Assembly: GCA_050273025.1 (NCBI GenBank)
Contig: CP158636.1
Location: 7,068,001 to 7,132,000 of the forward strand
DNA: 64,000 nucleotides
Reading direction: 5' to 3'
From: Cenococcum geophilum
Lineage: Eukaryota
A program made the position numbers and the translations under genes. Below the pieces are notes generated by a model that did no database searches, was not told where the DNA came from, and was given only the letters and a program-made list of their open reading frames with translations. Below are positions 13,471 to 27,094 of this stretch, one piece after another (position 1 is the stretch's first letter; every line of letters begins with the position of its first letter).

Positions 13471-16400
13471 GGTGTTTATGGCTTAGCTAAGCGCCTAATT
13501 AGTTACTAAGCTGCACGTAATATATATAACCCCCATTAATATTCGCGGATATTTATAGCTAAGCCTATAGCTAAGCCGTGGATATCTTTAAATGTCTTTA
13601 CCCCTACTAATTAAGTCGCTAATACGCGCGTACTATTAGCCTATTAGGCCAGCCGTACGCCTATATATTTACCCTATATAGTAAGGTCACTTATCTAGTA
13701 AGTATACTTTCTCTACTTCTCCTCCTTGGTTTATATCTGCGTATATAGGAAAATAGGAACCCCCCCTTAGGGCGTAGCTTCTTTAGCAGCGTCCTATATA
13801 TCTTAAAAATGCCATTAATTAGTCGCGTAAAGATTAATATTGCGAATAATACCGAACTACGTGCTAACGCGTAGAGTATCCTTACCCTTATATATTCCGA
13901 GAGACTTAAAAATACGTCTCTAAATTATAAGCTAAAGTAGAAAAAGTTTAAGGTAAGTAGGTAGGTGCTTTATAGAGTAGTATATTTATAACTAACGTGC
14001 GTCTTTCTAGGCCTTTTATAAGCAAAAGTAGTACTATAATAGTAATACCGTTACGGAAGAGAAGCTACTTCTTTTCTTTATTAAGGAGGTTATAGGCCGG
14101 CCACTAAAAGTAAAAAGCTGTAAGGCTAGTAATAATGTGCTTTAGGACGAGACGCGGCTAGCGCTTAGTTTATAGCTATATTACTACCCTAATAGACCTC
14201 TATTAGACGTAGAAGGGTATAGGAATAAATAGCTACCAGTTCCCGCGGGAGGATAATATTAGGGATTACCTAAAGGTTCTATAATAGAGGGACGCGTAGT
14301 AGGAAAAGGAGTAGTTTATAAATAAGGGTAGGGATATACTACTTAACGGATATATAGAGAACGAGTTTAAAAGCGTCTGCTGTAAGCTATAGGCCTATAA
14401 AGACTCCTTACTAGAATGCTACCTCTGCACGCTTATAGATATCTTACTAGGCTACTATATACTTATCCACAGTGGCAATAGGCGCTCCGCTAAGATCTTA
14501 GACCTATTTACCTTTAAGTTTAAGGGGGAAGGTCCTATACGCTATATACCCCTAATATTTACTATACGCGCTAGTAAGTAGAACTAGTATAGCCGCCTTA
14601 AAACTATTAGAGCTCTATATAATAAAAAGCCGCTTATCTATATACTTAGTAGACTAGCTTTTTACCTCTTATACTGCTAGGACTTTAGCAATAAGCTATT
14701 TCTAGACTTTAGTAAGCGGTTAGTGTAGTATAATATCCGCCTAATTAAGAGCAGCGCTAGTGTCACGGAACCCCACCGCAGGGGCCTCTATAGGAGAGCC
14801 CCGTGCTCTTATATATACCTCGCGTACAGCTTATATTAGCTACGCGTAGGTATATTACCTCCTTACGCCCTCGACCCTTACAATCGATCGCGTAACGTCT
14901 TATAGACTTCTCGAATACATACGTTTTATAGCCACTGCCCCCGTCCTATAACATTACGTTACGCCTTTTTACTACTAACACCTAGCCTATAACCAATTCT
15001 ACGTCTCTATAATACTATAGGCGCTGCTAAAAGCAGCGTGCCTATAAGTTACCTTACTTTATACTTCTAAGGAACCTATAGTAGTAAGACGATATTCCTT
15101 ACTAGCTACTATATTAAACCTAAAGAATAATCTAATACCTATACTTAACCTACGACGCCAATCAATCCCAGGAGAATTCGATTTATTAGCCCTAGGCTTA
15201 ACCCCTAAGGAGATAGACACTAATAATATCTTATTTTTTATTAACTATACAACTACGGATAAGCAAGTAGAAGGGCTACTACCTATTAAAATCGAAATAT
15301 AAGACGCTAAGACGTTTATAAAAATGGTAGCATAAGAACCTAATAAATACTACTACCTTCTATAGAACTACTACCTAAAGCTTATATAAGCCGAGATGCG
15401 TACTACCTAAGATCGCGATATTATCTAAGACCTATAAGCTTGTAAGGCGCTCGCTAATAATACGCGTTAAGAAACCGAAGATGACCTCCGTATATCTAAA
15501 CACAACGTCTAATAGTTAAAGAAGGCTAAGATTGCACTTATTGCTATAGTTACTAAAAGAGAAGGCATAATTAAATACCTATAATCTTAGCTTAATAAGT
15601 ATATTCGTAATAACGCCAGACACCTCTCTACTGCATATAACGCCACTTAAGTCTCTATACCCCCGGCAACTTCACCTACTTAACGCTTAATAAAGGGTTA
15701 GCACTAAGCAGCCTTACTTAACAGGAACCCCTACTAAAGTAACGATAAAAGCTATAACGACTAAACCTAAGCTGCTACCGTAGGGTCTAATATATATTAC
15801 CCTAATCCCCTAGTTTTTTAGGGAGACCGCAAAGAATACAGCCACTAAAAGATGTAAATCCGTAAGAAACTAACTTAGAGCGCCTGCCTTTTTCCTACGG
15901 AAGATATTAAGATTAGCTATATTATCGGGTAAATAAAGGGTATACTATTTAATAGACTCTTCGCCTAATAAGAGACCAATAGCCCCTAGAAGTAGCAGTC
16001 CTACTAAAAAGTCCCTAATAATCTTAACCTAATATACCGCGACTATAACCTACTAGCCACTAACTAAGCTAAACTATATGCCCTAAAGATAAGCCCTATT
16101 AAATCATTTAACAAGTTTTATATTAAATTCCAGAAATACACCGGAGCCCTTACCTAAGACAATACTAAAAACCAGAAAGATCTCCTTAAAAAAGTTACTT
16201 ATTACCTTAGTTACGCAGCCGCTAGCCATAACTATAATAATATTTATAATATGGTAGCAGCTATACGGAAGATTAAACAACGATTAAATTAGATTGCTAC
16301 TACAAACCCTTACCTAAAGACCTCCCTATAGAAGCCCTCCGGACCTACTAAACTACTAATACCTACTACCCTAAGCAATACTACTGGTCCTAATATTAAC

Positions 16401-19400
16401 CTTTTTATACTAACCTTCTCGTAGAAGCTACTAGACGGAGAATATAAGCTACTCTAGAAGCTAAAGCGTTACTATAGATATTGTTAAGAAGGCTATTATA
16501 GCTATAGCCTAAACTACCTAATAGCTAGGTTTAGCAGCTGCCGCCTAATACTTAACCTAGTACCTCGAACACTAAATACGTTGCTATATACCACTACCGT
16601 ACAAGATAAAAACGTAGTAATAGCGGTAAAGTCGGATACCGAAATGGAAAACGCTAAGTCCTAGCCCTAAGTCGTAGGTTAGGACGCCCTAATAATAAGG
16701 GGATCTATATATTAGCATGCTTAATAAATAACTTAGTAAAGATAAATAGACGGAAATAGATAGTTTTACCTATAATAGGAACTACTACTAAAAAATAATA
16801 TAAAAGCCGTTCTATAATTAATTGTAAAGCTACTAATAAATTTATAGATACCTAATTTGTGCGCACTTATAACCTACTTACCTTACCCCTTACTAAAGCC
16901 CGCGCCCTATAACTCGCTAATAGTAATTATACCGTATAGAAAATTACCCATATAATACAACTCTACCTAGATATAAATAGGCACCAGGAAGAACTCTAGG
17001 CCTATATTATACCACTTACTAACTACCCTATTATCCTTAGAATAAACTAGCTTAAATAATACAACCCCGCCATTAACTAGAAAAAGAGAGAAGTAACCTT
17101 TAACTCTAAATACTATAGAGAGACCTACCTAGGATATAGCCTAGCCGCCTCTATCTACTCCCTAGAATACCAACCTAAGAAACCCCTTATTACCCTACCT
17201 ATAACTAACTACTACTATATAAGTACCGCGGCCTTCTACCGTATAGTATATAGGAAAGGCTAAACCGTTACTACAGCCTCCTAATTATAACTATATAAGC
17301 TTAATAAAGAACAGAACCACGTCCTCTATAGTAATAGGATAGATATAGTCAACCTCCTAAAAAATAATGCCCCCGCAGAACTCTACGGACTTTCACCTTT
17401 AGACTTTAAGAAGTTTATAAAGCTTAAAAAAGGATTTACCAACGAGGAACTCCGTAAGCTCCTCCCTAAAAGGTACTATAACTTTATTAACGTGTGCTTA
17501 TAAAAAAGCGTAGATATACTCCCCCTATATTAACCTAATAACTATACCATTAATATTAAATAAGGAAAAACGCCACCCTATAAAAAACCCTACCTAATAT
17601 TAAAAGACGAACTTCTAGTTATTAAAAAGTATATTAACAAGCACCTTAATAAAGGGTTTATTCGCCCTAGCATATCCCTAATAGCCGCCCCTATCCTCCT
17701 TACTAAGAAGCTAGGAGGAGGTATTTAATTCTATATTAACTATAGAGGACTTAACGCTATTACGATCAAAAACTAATACCCCGTACTACTTATATATAAA
17801 ACTCTTAAGCGGCTTAGCTAAGCCAAAATCTATACCAAGCTTAATATCATTGCTGCCTTTAACTACCTCTAAATACAAAAAGGTAATAAATGAAAAACTA
17901 TATTTATATCGCGCTTTAGCCAATTTAAATATACCATTATGCCCTTCGGCGTATGTAACGGCCCAGGCAGCTTCTAAAGCTATATTAATAACGCCTTACA
18001 GGACTACCTTAACGACTTCTGCTCTGCGTACCTAGACAATATACTTATTTATAACAATAACCCTTTTAAGCATACTAAGCACGTTTAAAAGGTCCTATAG
18101 CGCCTTAGGGACGCAGGACTTTATATTAATTTAAAGAAGTGCGAATTCTCAGTCACAGAAGTAAAATACCTTAAACTAATTATTACTACTAAGGGTATCT
18201 ATATGGACCCCAAAAAGGTACGCATAATTACTAAATAGCAAACCCCTAACTGTATTAAAGACGTATAAGCTTTCCTTAGTTTCGCTAACTTTTATTAAAA
18301 ATTTATATATAACTTCTTGGGTGTTATAGCACTACTTATAGCAATAATGCGAACAAAGGGCCTTTCCGTAAAAGGAAGAAAAACATATTTACATTTTATC
18401 TGGACGCCTAAATGCGAGAAGGCGTTCTAAGACCTTAAAGATGCTTTTACTAAAGCACCTATCCTAGCTCACTTTATACTAGGACAATAACTCTATCTTA
18501 AGACTAACTCCTTAGACCACATTAACGCAGGCATCCTCTCCTAAATAGGTAACAATAGTCTCCTTTACCTAGTTACATTTTATTCGTCTAAGCTTACACT
18601 ATAAGAATATAACTATAAGATCTATAATAAGGAACTTCTCGCGATTATATAAGCGTTTAAGAAATTCTAATTAGAACTTTCCTTAGTAGAACCTAACTAG
18701 CTAACTAAAGTCCTTATGGATTATCGCAACTTTAAGTACTTTATAACTATAAAACAGCTAAACCGACGCTAAGTACGCTAGAACGAGTTCCTCTCTAGTT
18801 TTAACTTTAAAATCGTATATAGGCTAGGAGTATAAGGTACTAAGCCTAATAGCCTAACACGCCGCTTATAAGACCTTCCTTAGTCTAAAGATAACCCCTA
18901 TAACTAGTTCTAATAATAAACAATCCTAAAAGCACGGAATTTGGCCCTAGATATGCTACCTACAATAGAGCTAACTATACCTTAGCTCTACACCACAGAA
19001 CTAAAATTACCTCCTAAAATTAACAAGCTTATTACCACGGCATATAATACCTCTGTTAACCTATTACTGCATTAACTTATTACCGCAAAGACCGCTAGCG
19101 CCCGTATACTACTAACTAAACTCTAAAGCTTAAGCCAGATTAATATAGCAGCCTTAGAAGTAAAAGAGAACAGGCTCTATTATAGAGGCCGTCTATTTAT
19201 CCCCAACTTAGAAAATCTATAACGGCAACTAATTTAAATGGCCTACGACCTCTAATTAAGCGGCCACCTAGGCAGAGGAGGAACCTATAAGCTTCTTAGC
19301 CGATACTACTTCTAGCCTAAAATAATAAACTTAGTTAAACGCTTTATAGGCGCCTACTATGGTTATAAGCGCGCTAAGGCCTTTAATATAAAGTACCAAG

Positions 19401-22400
19401 GACTACTACACCCTCTACTAGTACCTATATAACAATAGGCAGATATCGCTATAGATTTTGTTATTAACCTACCACCCTATAAGCAATATAGCCGTACCTA
19501 TAAAAACATCCTTATAATAATATGCCGACTTATAAAAGAGCGCCACTACGTCCTAACTAAAGGCGTAGCCGTCAGCAACGTTACTAACGCCTTCCTTTAT
19601 AAAATCTACTAATTATATAGGTTACCTAACTTAATTACATCCGACTAAGGCATATAGTTTAGCTCTAATATATAGAGACAAATCTGCTAACGCCTTGGCA
19701 TCTCTATTAAGATATCTATATCCTTCTACTATAAAACTACTAGGCAACCGGAAAACGCTAATACTAGCATAAAAGCGTACCTACGATAGGTAGTCGCCTA
19801 TAGTTAAGATAACTGGGTAGATTACCTCCTACTAGGTAAATTTGCAGCAAATAACTACGTCTTAACTACTATAGAACTTACCCCGTTCTTTGCAAACAAG
19901 GAATATTACCCCTAATCCGGTATAGAACCACCAGAACCTATTAATAAGAAACTGCCATATAGAAAACGCCTTAAGATACTACTTGCCGACCAGCATACAG
20001 ACTATATAAAAAATCTACTTAACTACTACAAGGGAGAAATGGCCTAGGCTTAAGCAAAGCAGGCTTACTTCGCCAATTATTATAGAACGCCACTACCGGA
20101 GATATGTGTTAGTAACTAGGTATAGCTAAATATACGCAATATCTCTACGCAGAGGCCTATAAAGTTACTTAATTATAAGAACCTTGGCCTTTACCTAATT
20201 AAACAAGTTATTAATAGGGGAGCCGTATATAAGCTAGAGCTCCTACCTACCCTAGCCACCTGCGGGATATAGCCTATATTTCACCTATAGCTACTATACC
20301 TTTACTAGCCTAACCTCTTACCGAGGCAGATATAGCCTAAACCCCTACTAGTACTAATCCAAGATGAGAACAAAGACGAGAACTATAAGAAGTGGACCGT
20401 TAAACAAATTATTAACTCTAAATACTTTGGCAAAAGCAAAGGACGACGGCTCTACTACAGAGCTATATATACAGGATTTAATATAGATTAGCTAGAATAG
20501 CAACTATGGAAAGACTTTAAAAATGCAAAGGATCTAATTAGCGACTTTTACTACGCGAACCTACAGAAACCGGGCTTAAGTAGAGATTTTATACCTAATC
20601 CTCTATAGGAGCCCTTATAGAGTTAAACCGTTATACATTACCATGTAGGGGCAAATTACTATTAGATTGCTGTTAGATTGCAGTAAAGTGCGATTATGTA
20701 ACTGGAATATCGTTAAGATATCTAGGAACTTCAACCGGCGGTTAAAGTTATCTAACTAGTCGGATTCTTAAATGCCAAGCCTTATTATATAACGTTGTTT
20801 TAAGCCTTTAGCAATACCCCCCTTTCTTCTTTTCTATACCCTAAGTGTCCCTTTTATATATATATAGTAACTACAGCGTCGCCGGAGCTCCGCCTCTATA
20901 GAAGGGGGGGTAGTATTACAGAACCCTACCACAGGGGCCTCTATAGGAGAGCCCCGTGCTCTTATATATACCTCGCGTATAGCTTATATCAGCTACGCGT
21001 AGGTATATCACCTCCTTACGTCCTTAACCCTTACAATTAATCGCGTAACGTTTTATAGACTCCTTAAATACATACGTCTTATAGCCACTGCCCCCGTCCT
21101 ATAACAGCTAGGGACTATAAGACGGCCTTCTTCTATAACTTATAGTAGGAGTAGGTTACTAAGATATTTTAGGCCGTTAGTATCTTCTTATAGAAGAAGA
21201 CCTATATTAGGTAAAGTGCTAGCGCTAAGATAGCGGAGCTAAAAGGGGTTAGTAAGGACTAGATTAGACGCGCTAGTAGGTAAAACTAGGAGTAAATAGT
21301 TAGCTATTACTTAAACTCGCTACTACGGGAGTTTATACGGACGATGGCTGGCTATTTGCCATAAATAGGCTGCTTTAAGATTTATAGGGTAAGCGTTACC
21401 CCCCCTAATATACTACTGTTAACGATCTAGCCAGAGCTAGACGTTTAAAAGGGTTAGTTTAGCCCTTAGGTTGGCTAGGTTAATAACCTTATAGCTATAA
21501 ACACTATAAACCTCTTATTTTACCTCCAGGAGGTTATCCTATAGGACTTAGTAGTCCTCCGCGAGATATTCCTAAGTAGCCCTATATAAAACCACCTAGT
21601 TTTTTAGTATAAGGCCTATCTACTTTTTATACGGAAGGTTGAAGCCTATCTATAGAAGGAGGAAGAAGGCCCTAGCTAGCTATTAATACTTTACTAGGCC
21701 GTACTAGCTATTACGGACCGCTTAAAGACTATAGACGCCTAAGTATATAAGCTATAGGTGTTGTTTAACCGTATAGCTAAGTCCTAGTAGACGTAGTTTT
21801 TATAGCTTTAATTACTTACGTCTAGTAGCCTTACCTTTCGGCTTAAGGTCCCTTTAGTATCTATATATTCGCGTCTAATAGTATACCTACTAATAGTACG
21901 TCTACTAATAGCATATCTACTAGCGCCTTTATTTATTACGGAATTAAGCTAGAATATATTAGCCCGGGTAAGCGCTATAGCTTCCCCTTTACTAGCGCCG
22001 CCGTAGCTATAGCTATAGCTATAGCCGTAGCAAGGGCCTAAGCCTAAGTAGCCGCCTAAGTAGCCGCCTATATATTATATATGCTATATAGTAAAGTTTA
22101 TATAGGCCCTTTAGCGCGAGTAGACTAAAGGGCTTAGAGGTAATCCTTTTATAATAACGCTAGATTCTAAATAGGGTAGTAAATAGCGGGCTAGCTAGCA
22201 GAATAAGCTTTAATAGTACTTCCTATAGCTTAAGGTTATTAAGGAGATTAGGCGGGTTACGTAGGCCTAAAGGGTTAGTAAGGAAGCGGCTATATAGTAG
22301 GTTAATTAATAGTAGGAGTAGATGTAGTGCTTACTAGATTAGCTTTATAAACGGCTTTAAATAGGTAAAAAAGCTTTAAAATAGTATATATATCTAACTT

Positions 22401-22756
22401 CTAAGGAGTCCTCTTAAAGCCTTTATTTATAGCCCCTTAGGGGCTTATTTTAGTACGGTATAAGTTTAGTAGGGTACTTATATAATAGCGGCGCCTAATC
22501 CAAAACGCAAATATCTCTATTAACTTACAGCTAATTCTTACTATCCTAGTATAAGTAGAGAGCCCTTAGACAGCTTTACGTATACCACTTAATAGGTATT
22601 AAAAGCGCGACGTTACTGCGGCGTTGCTAGTAATTAAAGATTAATAGTGGATATAGGGTAATATCTATATACCGTTAAGCGCACAGGCCTCCTGCCTACT
22701 AAATCGTAACTTAGCGGCTAATTTAGCTATATAAATTAAACTGTGAATATACTATT
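13471..22756 (+). mobile_element. Crypton unit 4, interrupted by Gypsy-A (14761..21106)
   Basis: Colinear with unit 1 once the LTR element and one GCTAG copy are removed. Confidence 0.9.
14761..21106 (+). mobile_element. Gypsy-A chromoviral LTR retrotransposon, full length, RIP-inactivated
   Basis: 193-bp LTRs 14761..14953 and 20914..21106 (TG..CA), 5-bp TSD GCTAG, PPT GAAGGGGGGG 20901-20910. Degenerate gag, protease, RT (AYLD[D]ILI ~18030), RNase H, integrase and chromodomain (~20390-20580). Confidence 0.93.
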
Positions 22757-25683
22757 AGTATTTATAGCTTAGCTAAGCGCTTAATTAGTCGCTAAGCTAT
22801 ACGTAATATATATAACCTCTATTAATATTTACGGATATCTACGGCCAAGCCTATAGTAATCCGTGGACATCTTTAAATGTCTTTACCCCTACTAATTAAG
22901 TCGCTAATGCGCGCGTACTATTAGCCTATTAGGCCAGCCGTACGCCTATATATTTACCCTATGCGGTAAGGTTACTTATCCAGTAGGTATACTTTCTCTA
23001 CCTCTCTTCCCTAGTTTATATCTGCGTATATAGGAAAATAGAAACCCCCCCTTAGGGCGCAGCTTCTCTAGTGGCGTCCTATATATCTTAAAAATGCCAT
23101 TAATTAGTTACGTAAAGATTAATGTCGCGAATAATGCCGAACTACGCGCTAATGTATAGAGTATTCTTACCCTTATATATTCTAAGAGACTTAAAAATAC
23201 GTCTCTAAATTATAAGCTAAAGTAGAAAGAGTTTAAGGTAAGTAGGTAGGTGCTTTATAGAGTAATATACTTATAACTAACACGCGTCTTTCTAGGCCTT
23301 TTATAAGTGGAAGTAGTACTATAATAGTAATACTGTTACGGAAGAGAAGCTACTTCTTTTCCTTATTAAGGAGGTTATAGGCCGGCCACTAAAAGCAAAA
23401 AGCCGTAAGGCTAGCGATGACGTGCCTTAGAACAAGACGCGGCTCTCCTAGCGCTTAGTTTACGGCTATATTACTACCCTAATAAACCTTTACTAGACGT
23501 AGAAGGGTATAGGGATAAATAGCTACTAGTTCCCGCGGGAGGATAATATTAGGGATTATCTAAAGGTTCTATAACAGAGGGACGCGTAGTAGGAAAAGGA
23601 GTAGTTTGTAAATAAGGGTAAGGATATACTACTTAATAGATATATAAAGGACGAGTTTAAAAGCGTCTACTATAAGCTATAGGCCCACGGAGACTCCTTA
23701 CTAGAATGCTACCTCTATACGCTTATAGATATCCTACTAGGCTACTATATACTTACCCATGGTAGCAATAAGCGCTCCGCTAAGATCCTAGACTTATTTA
23801 CCTTTAAGTTTAAGGGGGAAGGTCCTATATACTATATACCCCTAATATTTACTATATACGCTAGTAAGTAAAACTAGTATAGCCGCCTTAAAACTATTGG
23901 AGCTCTACGTAATAAAAAGCCGCTTATCTATATACTTAGTGGACTAGCTTTTTACCTCTTATACCGCTAGGACCTTAGTAATAAGCCATTTCTAGACTTT
24001 AGTAAGTGGTTAGTATAGTATAATATCCGCCTAATTAAAAGCAGCGCTAGGGACTATAAGACGGCCTTCTTCTATAACTTATAGTGGGAGTAGGTTACTA
24101 AGGTATTTTAGGCCGTTAGCGTCTTCTTATAGAAGAAGACCTATATTAGGTAAAGCGCTAGCACTAAGATAGTAGAGCTAAAAGGGGTTAGTAAGGACTA
24201 GATTAAACGCGCTAGTAGGTAAAACTAGGAGTAAATAGTTAGCTATTACTTAAACTCGCTACTACGGGAGTTTATACGGACGATGGCTGGCTATTTGCCG
24301 TAAATAGGCTGCTTTAAGATTTATAGGGCAAGCGTTGCCCCTCCTAATATACTACTGTTAATAATCTAGCCAGAGCTAGATATCTAAAAGGGTTAGTTTA
24401 ACTTTTAGGTTAGCTAGGTTAATAACCTTACGGCTATAAGCGCTATAAACCTTTTATTTTACCTTTAGGAGGTTATCCTATAGGACTTAGTAGTCCTCCG
24501 TAAGATATTCCTAAGTAGCCCTATATAAAACTACCCGGTCTTTTAGTATAAGGCCTATCTACCCTTTACACGGAAGGTTAAAGCCTACCTATAGTAAAAG
24601 GAAGAAGGCCCTAGCTAGCTATTAATACTCTACTAGGCTGTACCGGCTATTATAAACCGCCTAAAGACTATAGACGCCCGAGTATATAAGCTATAGGCGT
24701 TATTTAACCGTATAGCCAAGTCCTAGTAGACGCAGTTTTTACAGCTTTAATTACTTATATTTGGTAGCCTTACCTTTTAGCTTAAGGTCCCTTTAGTATC
24801 TATATATTCGCGTCTAATAGTATACCTACTAATAGTATATCTACTGACGGTATATCTACTAGCGCCTTTATCTATTACGGAATTAAGCTAGAATATATTA
24901 GCCCGGGTAAGCGCTATAGCTTCCCCTTCGCTAGCGCCGCTATAGCTATAGTAAGGGCCTAAGCCCGAGCAGCCGCCTAAATAGCCGCTCGTATATTATA
25001 TATGCCATATAATAAAGTCTATATAGGCCCTTTAGCGCGAGTAGACTAAAGGGCTTAAAGGTAATCCTTTTATAATAGTGCTAGATTCTAAATAGGGTAG
25101 TAAATAGCAGGCTAGTTAGCAAAATAAGCTCTAATAGTACTCCCTATAGCTTAAGGTTATTAAGGAAATTAGGCGGGTTATATAGGCCTAGAGGGTTAGC
25201 GAGGAAGCAGCTATATAGTAGGTTAATTAACAGTAGAAGCGGATATAGTGCTTACTAGATTAGCTTTATAAATGGCTTTAAGCGGGTAAAAAAGCTTTAA
25301 AATAGTATATATATCTAACTTCTAAGGAGTCCTCTTAAAGCCTTTATCTATAGCCCCTTAGGGGCTCATTTTAGTGTAGTATAAGTTTAGTGGGGTACTT
25401 ATATAATAGCGGCGCCTAATCTAAAACGTAAATATCTCTATTAACCTATAGCCAATTCTTGCCATCCTAGTATGAGCAGAGAGCCCTTGGATAGCTCTAC
25501 GCATACCGCTCAATGGGTGTCAAGAGCGCGACATTGCTGCGGTATTGCTGGCAATTAAAGATCAACAGTGGATATGGGGTAACATCCACATGCCGCTGAG
25601 CGCACGGGCCTCCTGCCTGCCAAATCGTGACTCAGCGGCTGATTCAGCCATACAAATCGAACCGTGGACATACTATTGATGTC
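22757..25683 (+). mobile_element. Crypton unit 5 (3' ~200 bp nearly free of RIP)
   Basis: Colinear with unit 1; ends in CCGTGGACATACTATTGATGTC. Confidence 0.9.
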
Positions 25684-26268
25684 CACGACCAGCTTCACCC
25701 CCCCCCCCTTAGCGAGTTGCAGATTCGATACGGTATCCAATTTCGCCTGATTGCCGCCAGCTGTACATAGTAATTGTAGCGAAGCCGTATGCTTGGCTGC
25801 AAGAACTTTACTTCTGGCGGACTTGCGACCAGCCTTCCTCCGCAGTGTCGTGATCTTTGTCAAATATCGTAAGGTTTTAACCCGTACGGTATTGCCAAAT
25901 TTCATCGGCAATTAAAGAGACAGCGTTGTATTCGCATTTTGGCGGCCATAACGGAGGCGTAGTTAAGGGGGAGAAGAGGAAGCCGTACGTCTTCAATTTG
26001 GTTCTCCTGGCCAACCGCGAATCTCCAGGGCAACCAAAAAGGTCCTTGCGCGTAGCCACAGCCGTTCGCTACAATTACTATGTACAGTCGGTGGCAATCA
26101 GGCGAAATTGGATACCCGTACCGAATCTGCAACTCGCTAAAGGGGGGGGGTGAAGCTGGTCGTGCACATCACTGTAGGCCTCTAGATTGAAGCCCAGAAT
26201 CTAACGTCGCACAATACGCGATTAATCTTAATAAGCGATTTAAGTGACCACTATCGCGACTTTTTACT

Positions 26269-27050
26269 ATGGCTCCTCCTCAATTAACGCCCTTAACGCC
26301 CTCCCCCAGCTTCCATAGAGGCCAAAGTAGGGCTACGGCAACGCCTGTGACGCCCGCGACACCCGCGAGGCCAGCAAATCTAAGGAAGCTGCGTATAAGA
26401 TGGACTACCGAGATGGAGGAGGCAATGCTAGAAGGCCCCGTTAACGCCATTCGGAAAGGATACCGCGTAGATAGCTCTTATAAAGCTAACGGCTGGAAGC
26501 TTACTCTTAATTATACACTAGCTATTGCCCTATAACTAATTACTATAAAGCAGCTTAAGAGCAAGCACAATACTTAGAAAAAGGTGTAGAAGGTATAGAA
26601 AAAGCTCTATACTTTCTTTAGCTAGGGGTAAAACAAAGATAAAGACGTACCCGTAGTAAGTAAGGAAGTTATATAGGCGTACTTTAAGGCCAATCCTAAC
26701 GCTATAAAGTTTTATAATATATTACCTACTTTCTTAAATCTACTATAGGAGCTCTTTAATGGATTCCTTATAACAGGAAATAATACGAGATTAATTAGTA
26801 AGGCAATTAAGAGTTATATAAACCCTAAGATTCTTATAGCTATAGCCTTACAGGTAATAGATTTAGTAAGTAAGGAAAATAAGGAGAAGGGTAAGGAGGG
26901 CTTAGAGTTAGAATTAGCTCAGAGCTCTCTTAAACGCAGTTAGTTAAGCTTACCTTCCATTAATTACTCTAGTGCTCCTTCTATACTAGAACCTTCCTTA
27001 ATACCAAGTTAAGCTTCCTTGTTAGTAATTAGAAAGCAGGCCGTTAAATT
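26269..27050 (+). pseudogene. Myb/SANT-like DNA-binding protein of the PIF/Harbinger ORF1 type, RIP-damaged (3' limit approximate)
   Basis: RWTTEMEEAMLE...YKANGW, then in frame past RIP stops QLKSKH..KK.W..W..L...SGWGW.E....P.A..F...P.....L.ELF.G..ATG (reversing RIP), which is typical of the Myb_DNA-bind_3 family. Confidence 0.7.
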
Positions 27051-27094
27051 GTTACGGGACTGCCGTTCCATGCGCTACGCCGTATGCGTAGTTA

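Larger units (their letters stand above)
4694..25683 (+). repeat. Head-to-tail tandem array of five Crypton elements
   Basis: A ~2.9-kb unit recurs with starts at ~4694, 7634, 10531, 13471 and 22757. Each copy has its own RIP pattern and small indels. Confidence 0.95.
4690..26174. mobile_element. MITE-2 (same family as MITE-1, opposite orientation, ~500 bp), split in its left TIR by the Crypton array. Pieces 4690..~4695 and ~25677..26174
   Basis: Right end ...GCTGGTCGTGCACATCACTG|TA (26174). The left TIR resumes at ~25678 (GATGTCCACGACCAGCTTCACCCCC) but lacks its first bases, which appear as TA|CAGTG at 4688-4694. The internal sequence is reverse-complementary to MITE-1 3900-4160. Confidence 0.8.

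Noticed and set aside
4694..25683. Array as assembly artefact or rDNA/satellite
   Set aside because: Units have independent RIP patterns, unit-specific indels and a unit-specific LTR insertion, and they encode a recombinase.
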